This document shows, in pieces, positions 52,700-64,000 of a stretch of DNA of 64,000 nt (positions are counted from its first letter, which is position 1; each line of letters starts with the position of its first letter). Made by a program: the position numbers and the translations under genes. Where the stretch lies: assembly GCF_006345805.1 (NCBI RefSeq), contig NC_043005.1, positions 99,696,001 through 99,760,000 on the forward strand. Direction: 5' to 3'. Below the pieces are notes generated by a model. It was not told the DNA's origin. It saw only the letters and a list, made by a program, of their open reading frames with translations, and searched no databases. The stretch comes from Octopus sinensis. Its lineage: Eukaryota.

Positions 52700-52793
52700 C
52701 CTTTACTCTCGACACATGTTTCGAAGACAGTATATTTTCATTCCGAAGGAATAAAGGGTGCATTATGCAATCTTCTCATCAGAAAAGAAAAGG
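52700..52793 (-). ncRNA. Type I hammerhead ribozyme, canonical intact core, in a Penelope-like segment at about 52500-53260
   Basis: Minus strand: CCTTTTCTTTT-CTGATGA-GAAGA..TCTTC-GAAA-C ATGT G-TC-GAGAGTAAAGG; GUC triplet; stem I is 10/11 pairs including G-U. Confidence 0.82.
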
Positions 52794-53539
52794 AGCCTCT
52801 CTCAACAACAAGACAAACAAAAATTTCGATGATTGCCTACATGGTGATCACAGCGATAATGAGTGTTTTTTTTTTTAAAATCCATTATAAGCACTGACGT
52901 CAAAAATAGATAGTAGGAGGAAGTAAAAATAGATAGGGGACAGTATGTTTGCTGTATGTATGGAAATGTGTGGGTGTGTGCTTGTGTTAATGAGTGCGTG
53001 TGTTTGTGTGTGTGTGTATGTGTGTGTGTATATAACTGCATTTGTGTCTGTGTGTGTGAGATTGTGTGTGTGTGTGAGGGAGAGACAGACGTCAAAGATA
53101 GGTAGTAGTAAGGGAAGATATAAAGGAGTAATAGGTAGGGAAGGGGAAGTGTACGGTGATTGAAAGAATGTTCAGAGGCTTAGGAAAGAATTTGTCTATA
53201 GCAGTGGTGTGGACGTGAAGCTAATTGTTAAAACCACAGTGACTATCGTTATCATTTATATGAGTAGAAAGTGTGTTTCTGCCAATGTTTACATTTGTAC
53301 AATTTTTCTATGAATGTGTTTACTAGGGGAACCTTAGCAAAAAGAATATGGAAGAGGTCAGAGTTACAAATGTTACAAAATCTCCTGCCCTTATCAAAAG
53401 GAAAGGATACAGGCAATATGAACCAATCCAACTTGAAAGTTATATTGTTGTCTTTAAGACGCCAAACTAATATAGCTCGGCAAGAAATGGAAGCAAATTT
53501 GAAAGAAGAAAAAAAAAATAAGAAGAAGAAGAAGAAGAA

Positions 53540-53742
53540 TCCATTCTATTACAAGCACAAGGCCTGTATTTTCTGGGGAGTGGGGACAGTCAATCACATT
53601 GACTCTGGTACTCAACTGGTACTTAATTTATTGACCCAAAAAGGATGAAAGGCAAATCAACCTCAGCAGAATTTGAACTTAGAATGTAAAGACAGGCAAA
53701 AATATTGCTAAGCATTTTACTTGGCATGTTAAAGATTCTACC
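53540..53742 (-). mobile_element. SINE family A
   Basis: Reverse core GGATGAAAGGCAAA..GAATTTGAACT. Confidence 0.8.
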
Positions 53743-53755
53743 AATAATAATAATA

Positions 53756-53803
<48 letters not shown>

Positions 53804-53835
53804 CAACAAAAATAATAATAATAATAATAATAATA

Positions 53836-54325
53836 ATGCAGTACCAGACAGTGGCTCTCATGGCTTCTGATCTTAACTGATTGGAAGTGTTTTGTTTTGG
53901 TATAAAAGATGGGCCACAGCAAATATTCTGCTCAGTACCACAGATTTGCTTGTCAGTTGTTTGACCTTAACCAGTTGAGCATGTCCCTTAGTGGCTGACG
54001 ATATGTGCATCTCTGATCACGAGCAGAAGTAGTGGGGAGCATCATAGCCATGTGTTGAGAGGGATTCTTTGGGGTTTGAATAATTCACCTCTGGAAACAT
54101 GGCCGTTTTGTTCATCCTTAAACAAACCTTATTCAGGGAAGTTTTGAGTGGAATGGGCTACTCAACTTGAAGAAAATTCTAACTGGGTCCCACCTGCAAG
54201 GTCATGCACTGTAGCGCACATGTGGTTGTGATGCATGTGCCTGGTATACCCTTATCAGACGGGTAGTCATGATGGGTATACTGGGATTCGTATATTTGCA
54301 CCCCAGTGTCACTTTGATGGTACTC
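53836..54325 (+). mobile_element. (TAA)n-associated interspersed repeat, same family as 41327-41870
   Basis: Internal homology; starts immediately after (TAA)n. Confidence 0.75.
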
Positions 54326-54329
54326 ATGC

Positions 54330-54775
54330 TGATGGCACATAAAAAGCAGCTTTTGAGCATAGGGCCTCATGGAGACAAACATTGGCCAGTGCCAGTGTCG
54401 TGCCACTAGCATCCATGCTAGTGGCACATATGAAGCATTGGGCATCATGAAGGTAATGACAAATGACCAAGGCCCTTGGCAATATGCTGTGCTTGACTAA
54501 AAGACCCATGAAGCCACGTGAAATCCTAGTTATGGAAGATACTGGTGATATGCAATTGGCACCTGTGCTGGTGACATGTAAAAGCACCCATTATGCTCTC
54601 AGAGTGGTTGGTGTTAGGAAGGGCCTCCAGCTGTAGAAATAATGCTAAATCAGACTGGAGTCTGGAGCAGCCCCTCAGCTTACCAGCCCTGGGCAAACCA
54701 TCCAACCCATGCCAGCATGGACAACAAACGTTAAATGATGATGATGATGATAAATGATGACGATGATGATGATGT
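54330..54775 (+). mobile_element. RTE-type 3'UTR and tail
   Basis: GTAAAAGCACC..GAGTGGTTGGTGTTAGGAAGGG..CCAACCCATGCCAGCATGG..TTAAA(TGA)n. Confidence 0.82.
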
Positions 54776-55371
54776 CTTAAAACATAGAATGTCCTATATA
54801 CAAGTTACTGCTCTTGTTTATGTATAATACGAAATTGTTCTGTTTAGCTCTGCAGTGTTCTGTTTTGATTTCTCTCCCTTCCTTATCTTTTTCTCCACAT
54901 TTTCGTTCTCTATCTTCACTATTACAATCATCATCATCAACAACAACAACAACAACAACAACAACAGGAATAATGAGGCTAAATGATGTTAGCTTTAATT
55001 GGTGTTTTATCTATAAACACAAGCATACAAGATGGATTCAGTTTTGTTTGGGAATGATAATCTCTTTTCTAGGCATTTTTTTCTTTCTGGTTTTTATTTT
55101 TGACTGTTTTTCGTTTTTTTTTATCTTGATTGCTTCATTCTTTTACTTTTTTTTTTATATTTGTCTATATTTGAAGAAGTGTGTTCTCCGAATTGAGACA
55201 TAAAGATAGACATTGATTCTCTCTCTCTCCACACATCATTATTTCTGCTTTGGATCGAGAGCCGAACATACACCACTACTGCTTACCTATTCCATCGCAC
55301 ACATGGTAAGTATACGTGTGTACACACACACACACGCATACACACAGACGTTAGTCAATCAATTTTACCAA

Positions 55372-55402
<31 letters not shown>

Positions 55403-55534
55403 AAGAGGGAGAGAAAGAGAGAGAGAGAAAGAATGAAAGAGAGACATAGATACAATATGCATACATATATACATATATATACACACACATATATATATAC
55501 ATATATATATACACACACACACACATATGTATAC

Positions 55535-55571
<37 letters not shown>

Positions 55572-56438
55572 ATATATATCCCTCATAAACATACACCTAG
55601 TTACAGCCAAACAACTCCTTACCTATTCACCCACATCCAGCCACACACACGTGTGTATGCATGCATGCACACACACAGTCTCTCTCTCTCTCACACACAC
55701 ACACTCATGAACCAGTATCTGTCTGGTTGAGTGCGTCAACTGGTTACTATTTCCTTGCTGAATCTTATTCGTTAGACCCAGTTATCTTTTCAATTATTGA
55801 TTCAATAAGAAAAGAGAACAGCAGAATGGCTAATCTCTTTCACTTTCACTATCCACTTCGAAACAAACGTTGTCGTCGTCGTCGTTGTTGTTGTTCATGT
55901 TGCTGTAATGGACAAAATCTTTGCTATGTAGCTTAGATGAAAGCTGTAATGACAAAGTCTTGCAACCCTCAGGCAAAAGTGTACTCAATCAGTGGACTGA
56001 TTACCACACTGAATATTCATAAAAATGGCATCTTTACTTTGCAGGTATTGGTAGTTCTTATCATAGTATTAAACTCAAACTGGTAAATAGTTCCATCTCG
56101 AAGAATAACTATTAATGGCTTGCAATAAAATAAAGTTGTTTTTTTTTATCTTCTTTTCTTTTGCTTTTTACTTAGTTTTAATTTTTATCCTCCATTTCCT
56201 TCCTTAATTCTTCAATTCTTATCATCGTCAATGTCATCTTCATCTTTCCTCTTCTATAATTTTCGAATAGGTTTAGTATTTACAGAAAAGTGATGGAATT
56301 TCCTGAAATGGTTGAATACCAAATTCTGTATGTTTTGTTTCTGTATTTAGGTTCAAGTCTTCTGGTAGTCAATTGTTTCTTTTATCTCTCTGCGGTATTT
56401 GATGACATGAATACAATAATACAATAATTCCTGGTAAT

Positions 56439-56611
56439 GCACCTTGCCCTCAGCAAGCATGATGCAGCGAGTTGTGCACCGTTTCTGCAGCACATGACTT
56501 GGCCGCCCGTGTGCCACCGTGTTGCCTCCCTTGCAATCTGCCTGCTGCTGCCAGTCAGCAACTAGCATCGGCAATCTACCTGACCTGTCTTGAAACACGG
56601 ACCAAGGAGTC
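56439..56611 (+). pseudogene. 28S rRNA fragment (end of the D2 expansion segment plus conserved core)
   Basis: GACCTGTCTTGAAACACGGACCAAGGAGTC (56582-56611) differs at one base from the conserved eukaryotic 28S GACCCGTCTTGAAACACGGACCAAGGAGTC, and a GC-rich tract precedes it. Confidence 0.85.
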
Positions 56612-56621
56612 CCAAAAAAGT

Positions 56622-56854
56622 AAGGTGGTGAGCTGGCAGAAGCGTTAGCACGCCAGGCGAAATGCTTAGCGGTAATTTGTCTGCTGCTACGTTCTGAGTT
56701 CAAATTCCACCGAGGTCGACTTTGCCTTTCATCCTTTCGGGGTTGATTAAATAAGTACCAATTACGCACTGGGGTCAATGTAATCGACTTAATCCCTTTG
56801 TCTGTCCTTGTTTGTTCCCTCTATGTTTAGCTCCTTGTGGGCAATAAAGAAATA
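56622..56854 (+). mobile_element. SINE family A, full length, fused downstream of the 28S fragment
   Basis: Well-preserved head, core and tail AATAAAGAAATA. Confidence 0.92.
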
Positions 56855-57511
56855 ACAATAATTCCTGATAATATACTATGATTGTTTGATGGATTAGATA
56901 GTGCCATTTTACAGATGGGTTGGATCTTCCCTTAGTCATGGATCAAATCCTATCCTTACTGATGGATCAGACTCACCTTTATTAACCTGGAAAATAATGA
57001 GAGAGAGTTCTAACATAAGCACAGAATTATATGTTTCAACTCTTTATTGTTTTACTCTTTTCCTTGTTCCAGTCATGTGCCTGCGGTCATGCTGGAGCAC
57101 TGTCTTTATGACTGTAATATTTTCTTTCTTCCTTCCTTGTACCATCTTGTCAAGAAGTGTCTCCTGGTAATTCCTTAGGAAGTTGTATGTAAATTTTCAT
57201 ATAAGAACACAAAAGTGGTCTCTTGTTGTCTTCCTTTCGATGTATTTTTATAAGAGAACTCTTATCAGATCCATCGTTACAAGAATTTTCATTTATGTTT
57301 TTTATCAAAAGAAAGACATGTTGCTAAAAATATTCCAAAACATAAATGAAAATGAAATCAAAAATAAATCAAAAATAAATAATTAAATTAAGTAATAAAA
57401 AAATAAAAATTAAATTGATTAAATAACAAATAAAGTAAATGAAAAATGAATCAAAAATAAATCAAAAATTAAATCAGAGACATGTTACTGAAAGTAAATC
57501 AAGTATTTGAC

Positions 57512-57667
57512 ACATGCACGGCTGTGTGGTAAGAAGCTTGATTCTCAACCCTCAACCACATGGTTCCGAGTTCAGTCTCACTGCTTGGCACTTTGGGCAA
57601 GTGTCTTCTACTATAGCCTCGGACTGACCAAAGACTTGTGAGTGGATTTGGTAGACGGAAACTGAAA
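57512..57667 (+). mobile_element. SINE family B head, 3'-truncated
   Basis: GGCTGTGTGGTAAG..TTGGGCAAGTGTCTTC..GACGGAAACTGAAAG. Confidence 0.85.
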
Positions 57668-57875
57668 GTGGGGTGATAATTGGGTGGCGAAAAAGGGCGA
57701 TGGATGTAAAAGCAAACAAAATATTGGGTTAATTGGCTCTTTATTTGTGAAATACTGTTGTTTTGAATTTGTGACAGGAAATGGTCTACATTTGTAGTTA
57801 TGAGTGGGGAAGGGCTGCTAGGAATGTGGCCTGGGTGCCAAGGGGTAGCAGCCTGAAAATGTTTGGGAACAACTG
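57668..57875 (+). mobile_element. hAT (Charlie-like) MITE right end
   Basis: Terminus GTTTGGGAACAACTG (reverse of the CAGTGGTTCCCAAAC type) followed by CTCTAGAG, a typical hAT/Charlie target; left end missing. Confidence 0.55.
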
Positions 57876-59869
57876 CTCTAGAGGCAGAGATAATTTTAAT
57901 AACTTAAGAATTCATGTTGTATGGTATCTCATATACCTGTATTTGTCTAATACAGGTATATAATTTTGTCTAACATAAGTATATTGTTCAAATACATGCC
58001 ACTGGTCACTCTGAGTCATTTCTTGTAACTCATTTTGCTTAAATTATCTGAAATTTACTTCACTGAACCAGTTGTAGTTTGGTGTCTAAATCCACAGGTA
58101 TGTCATTCTACCATTGTTCTGACCCAATGTTTTGTCATAAATTGAAGTGGAAAAGGTTATTCCCCTTGTTCAGTAGACTACTCAATACCACCACCCCAAC
58201 ACATACACATACACACAGTAGCAGTGATTGGTGAGGTACAATGTCACTTCACTGAAGTTTAAAATACCAATACTTTGTTCATCTCACCATTTCAGACTGT
58301 GAATCAGAAATTAATTCTTCCGGATACTTCTTGTAGTCTACATATTCCACCTAGTCTAGGCTATGATTCTTCAGATGAACATTTGACAACAATGTACCCA
58401 GTCAAGTGTTGCAATACTTGGATGACACAAACCTTTGTAAAACCAACCTACAACATCTTTCTTCTCTCTTCAAAGAGTCCTACTGTGTACATAATAATGG
58501 TCAACACTGTGGGGAGAGAATTAAACAAACAAAAACCAAAAAAGGAATTCATTTCAGATTTAGAAAATAGTGTTCCATCTCAGTAAAGAGAAAGCCTTTC
58601 AATTTATTTTCAAAATCTTAAGTGAACCGAAGACTTCCTAATAGCCATTTTACAGAATATTCATTCTTTTGGCTATTCTGGTTCCATACCATTTCATGCA
58701 TGATTTTGCAGAAACTTTGGTCAGCAGTGACTTGTAAAGATTATTGGGATTTATTGAAAATAATTAAAAGAAAATTGACAAAGTAAGAAAAAGCTGCACC
58801 ATTATCTTGTTATATGAGGCAGAACCATTTTAGCAGGGAAGAGGAAATGGCTATGTCCACCTCCCTACTCTTTATTGGTAGCCAATGTTTACTAATAACG
58901 GTCTTATTTTAGCCTTTTTGCTGTAATTTTTTAATACATATTTTTGATGATAGCACTTAACAGTGATTATCAATAGCATCACATTAGTGTTGCTGTCCCA
59001 TCATTATATGTGTTTCTGGAAACTGGAATCAAATATCTGGACACCCAGGTCGAAAAGGAGATGAATTTTACTGTGGAATATTAAACAGTAAGTAAAGTAG
59101 AATTGATTATGGCTTTCCTGGGAAAACTTTCCTAACCAACTGAAATTACTTTCAGGAAGTTGCCCAATAATTTATAGATAAAACAATAGATATACATGTA
59201 TATATTATATGTGTGTACACAAACATATATATATATACATATATATAAGTATTGAAAAGTATTATATACCTAAATACATATATATATATATATATACATA
59301 CATACGTATTTATACTACATATATATATATTCATACATGCACACATTAATGCACATACACACACACTTACCAAGAAGATATTCCATAATGTTAACAAAAA
59401 ACAGCCTTAATTTGCTGTGAATAGATTTTCTAACTTTTGACCTTGTAAGAAGCTAAAACATTTATCACGGATGTCATTTTGATTGGACTTTATTGATTTT
59501 TTACAACTTTAGTTACAGTGATCTAATCAATGATGATGATGATGATGATGATGGTGGTGGTGGCAGTGGGTTGAAGTAGCATAAAATTGAGGGGGTAACG
59601 ATGATGATGATGATGATGAAAATGATGATGTACAATGATGACGACCAAGATAATGGTTGCGGAGGGTAGGGGTGGAATATGATGACGATGACGATGACTC
59701 TTTAAATCTGGTAAATCTTCTCACTATGGAACAAGCATAAATATTCAGTAATTAAGACATGGTCTTTTCCTTCTTGCCTTTTATATATCATGTATACACA
59801 CACACACACATATTTGCAGAGACATACACATGAAACCACATAAAGACAGACTCAATCAGTCACTCTTAG

Positions 59870-59908
<39 letters not shown>

Positions 59909-60349
59909 AACACACTCACACATTCAGATGAACCTACATATATATATTACTATATATATATATATATACACACACAGTGCATACATACACACACATATGC
60001 AAATATATATATAAGATGTATTTATGCATATATCTATATACCCACAACACACACATGCATATTGATATATAAACACACACATACACACATATCTACACAC
60101 GTTGATGTATTCATAGATTCTAAAGTATGATTTAGATTAAACTTTAAGCCATCATTCACTGATTATGTTATTTTGAATGTTTCACTTTTAATAGATCGGC
60201 CCATTCGGTGTGTGTGTACGTGTAATGTTGTTGAGCATGTGTGTGAACATTATTGTGGCTATTATATGTGTGCATGCCACTCTATGCATATGCATATAAC
60301 AAACATGAACTATTGCATTCATGCAATGTAGTTACACACACAATATACA

Positions 60350-60372
60350 TACATATGTGTGTGTGTGTGTGT

Positions 60373-60424
<52 letters not shown>

Positions 60425-60672
60425 TATATACATATATGTATGTATATTGTGTGTGTAACTATATTGCATGAATTTATTGATATATATATATATATTTATA
60501 CACACACACATATATATAGATATATATATATACATATATATATTATATATACATATATATACATATATATATATATATATACATATATATACATATATAT
60601 ATATATATACATATATATACATACATATATATATATATATACATATATATACATACATATATATATATACAC

Positions 60673-60703
<31 letters not shown>

Positions 60704-60780
60704 ATATATATATATAATATATATATATAATATATATATATATACACATATATATACATATATATATATACATACATATA

Positions 60781-60816
<36 letters not shown>

Positions 60817-60896
60817 CATATATATATACATATATATACATACATATATATATATACATATGCATATATATATATATACATATATATATACATATG

Positions 60897-60935
<39 letters not shown>

Positions 60936-60941
60936 CATATG
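60350..60941. repeat. (TA)n/(TACA)n array
   Basis: Directly visible. Confidence 0.97.
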
Positions 60942-61447
60942 TAGAATGCTTACACAAATACATAAAGTACAGTCCAACACACACACACTTGAAGATGGAG
61001 ATTAAATTCCAACTTTTTCTCTCTCATAAAATCTCAGTTTCTCTCTCCTGAACATTATTATCTTGTGTGTATGAATGGATATGAACACACATAAAATCAC
61101 AATCCTTTAATGCCTCTTTTCCATGCTGGCATGGGTTGGACAAATATATGTACATAAAAAAAAAGTTTATTCCAATGTACATATGTGCATACAAACGTGT
61201 GCATGTTTGTATGTGTTTGTGTATGTATGTGTATGTGTGTGTGTGTGTATTTATATTTACGTATAAATAAAAATAGTAAGAGGAGGAATATAATATCCAG
61301 GCAGATACTGAATTTCTCTCAGTAAATAGCCAAGGGTGGTTGGTTCCTTCTGATGGCACATGGAGCTCCTGCCCGATGTTCTAGTTTATTTCTTGGCTAC
61401 TTAGGGTGTACAGTACAAGAAAAAAAACAGCATTTCTTATTCTTTTA

Positions 61448-61540
61448 TTCTTTTACTTCTTTCAGTCATTTGACTGTGGCCATGCTGGAGCATCGCATTT
61501 AGTTGAACAAATCAACTCCAGGACTTATTGGCACACACAC

Positions 61541-61571
<31 letters not shown>

Positions 61572-61893
61572 AATTAGAAAAACCACCTTTTATCAAAATG
61601 AAAAATTAAATTACACCATCTAGAAAATTACATATAATAGAAATATTAAATATAAGATAAAAAATATAACGATGATTAAGTAATGTGCATAATAATAAAT
61701 AAAACGTATATATTTGGTGTATATATATATATATATATATATGACAACCTTATTTCAGTTTCCATCTACCAAATCCACTTACAAAACTTTGTTCGACCCA
61801 AGGTAATAGTAGAAGATACTTGCCCAAGGTGCCACACAGTGGAACCATGTCATTAGGAAGCAAATTTCTTACCACACACTCATGCCTGTGCCT
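61448..61893 (-). mobile_element. SINE family B, split at its internal (TA)n by an AT-rich insert (about 61570-61720)
   Basis: Tail at 61448-61530 and head at 61742-61893. Confidence 0.7.
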
Positions 61894-61909
61894 ATACATA
61901 TATAACATA

Positions 61910-61950
<41 letters not shown>

Positions 61951-62016
61951 TAAAAACGGTAAGATAACAAATGAAAGAAAGAGACCTCAATATTATGTAA
62001 ATAGAGGAAATTTATC

Positions 62017-62106
62017 TATAAAATAATATGTTACAATTATTCAATAGTCAAGATAAAACTCAGAGTTTATCTTGACTATTGAATAATTGTAACATATTAT
62101 TTTATA
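62017..62106. repeat. Perfect 41-bp inverted repeat with an 8-nt loop
   Basis: 62017-62057 is the exact reverse complement of 62066-62106; loop ACTCAGAG. Confidence 0.95.
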
Positions 62107-62154
62107 TATATAAATATACACTGTTTTTTTTTGTTTTTGCTTTTCTATATGATT

Positions 62155-62425
62155 CACCATCATCATCATCATTTAATGTGTCTGGCTTCCATGCTGGCAT
62201 GGGCTGGATAGTTTGATAGGAGATGGGCAGCCATGAGCCTGCACCTGACTTCTGGATCTGTTTCAGCACAGTTTTTACAGCTGAATGCCCTTCCTGACAC
62301 CAACCACCCGGCAGAGTGGACAGAGTGCTTTCTATATGGAACCAGCACAGGAAAGGCCAGTTTTAGCATGGTTTTTCACAGCTGGATGCCCTTCCAGTTG
62401 ACAACCACTTTACAGTGTGGACAGT
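62155..62425 (-). mobile_element. RTE tail remnant
   Basis: (CAT)n TTTAA..CCATGCTGGCATGGGCTGGA..GCTGAATGCCCTTCC. Confidence 0.78.
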
Positions 62426-62684
62426 GTATATATGTATATATATGTATATATATATATATCTGGATGCAGGATCACCAAGCAACTTGCTAGACAAAAATTC
62501 TTTGAGCAGAGTGGGGGGCACTGGAGGAAGAAGACAAAGATCCTTTTAGAGGAGAGGGGACATTATAGGAAGTGATTTTGTGTCAGGTGATGGAAGGTCC
62601 AAGTGTGATGGAGAGACAGAGAGGCAGAAACGTGTGTCTTGTTGTACAGGAGGTACATGGTTACCGAACCACAGAGAGAGAGAG

Positions 62685-62802
<118 letters not shown>

Positions 62803-63883
62803 GTTCAAGAATGAGGATGGGAACAAGTGTGCTGCTGTAAAGGAGATACATGGCTATCCAGCCTGAGGGAAGAGCAAGAGACAAAGAGAGACATTGGGAG
62901 ACAAGAAGAGCACAAGAAAGAGCAGGAGAGAGATGGTAGTGCCAGGGCATACTCACAAGGAATGGGGATCAGAATATAAATTGGATGGTAGAGTAAAGGA
63001 AGAGAGAGAAAGATGGTGGCAAGTGCTAGGGCATACCCTCAAGGTATGGATGTCATAATATAATATAATTTGCTATGGAAGGGTATAGTTAACTACTGTA
63101 AACAGTGGGAACATAGTATTAGTAATGTGTAACACACAAGCATGTAGTGCCACATGGAAGGTATATGTTGTATGTTAAATTGTTCTCCATTGATGTAGAT
63201 GGTTACCTGTTGGGGACGAACCACAAAAAAAACTTCATGTGAGGTGGTCATGTTTGACTGCATATGAAATGACAGAAGAAGGAACATATGATGATATTTT
63301 ACAGAATGATTACTTTATGTAAATTAAAAGAGTGACATAAGAATAATGTGAACAGCAAAAATATTTCTGACGTAATTAAAATATTTTTTTCCAACTGAAA
63401 TACTGCTAAATATTACATAAGCAACATCTGGTATAGTTTTACCTGATGTATAGAAATACAGAGATACCTTAACTTATTGGTTCCTGACATGCAACTTAAC
63501 TAAAAAAAATGATGTAACACAAGAAAACATAAAAAAAATTATCAGCTTATATCTGTTTTAATAAATGGTTTGTACATATTTTCAAAGAGCACTCTATACA
63601 ATAATTTCATTATTATTATTGTTTGATTTTCCACTTCAGTATTGGATTTAAAAAAAAATTTTTCACTTCAAATATGTTCCACAAGACAGACATAATGTCA
63701 GATGAATCAACAGAAGCTGAGGTTTAATTTTCCATTTCTTTAATTTTCCATTTCTCTAAAAATCAATGTAAAGGCAAAAATGACATTACTCAAAAACGCC
63801 ACAAGTTGAGGTTTGCCTGTTTTAGGTTTGCGCGTTCGAAGATTGAGTATTTCCAGGAGTAGATTTACCAAACAACAAACAAC

Positions 63884-64000
63884 TCTTTTACTCGTTTCAG
63901 ACATTTGACTGTGGCCATGCTGGAGCACCACCTTTAGTCGAGGAAATCGACCCCAGGACTTATTCTTTGTAAGCCTAGTACTTATTCTATCGGTCTCTTT
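63884..64000 (-). mobile_element. SINE family B tail, runs off the window end
   Basis: CTCTTTTACTCGTTTCAG..CATGCTGGAGCACCACC..GTAAGCCTAGTACTTATTC. Confidence 0.9.

Noticed and set aside
56439-56611. Functional rRNA gene
   Set aside because: Only about 170 bp, mutated, and embedded in a retro-insertion with no other rDNA nearby.
59013-59093. Possible exon ending at a strong GTAAGT donor (SGHPGRKGDEFYCGILN)
   Set aside because: No convincing acceptor or recognisable homology; GTAAGT occurs by chance.

Overview
AT-rich, microsatellite-dense eukaryotic non-coding DNA. The repeat landscape (tRNA-derived SINEs, RTE and R4/Dong LINE remnants, long TA arrays) looks like an octopus/cephalopod genome; this assignment is inferred from recognition, not from a database search. 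I find no supportable host protein-coding exon, and most ORFs in the track are translations of microsatellites or SINEs. Identifiable content includes RTE and Dong-type LINE fragments, about 35 SINE copies from 4 families (named A-D here), TTAA piggyBac-type MITEs (two hosting nested insertions), two pogo/Tc2-type MITEs, a non-autonomous Helitron, a Helentron-like element, a DD41D (rosa-type) transposase relic and a 21-22 bp A-tract minisatellite. Two observations stand out. (1) About eight sequence-unrelated type I hammerhead-ribozyme motifs occur in short Penelope-like terminal elements. Two look fully intact, two sit between long inverted repeats, and one carries a U3-A8 covariant core. (2) A 28S rRNA fragment is fused to a full SINE inside one 18-bp target-site duplication, which points to a chimeric retro-insertion.
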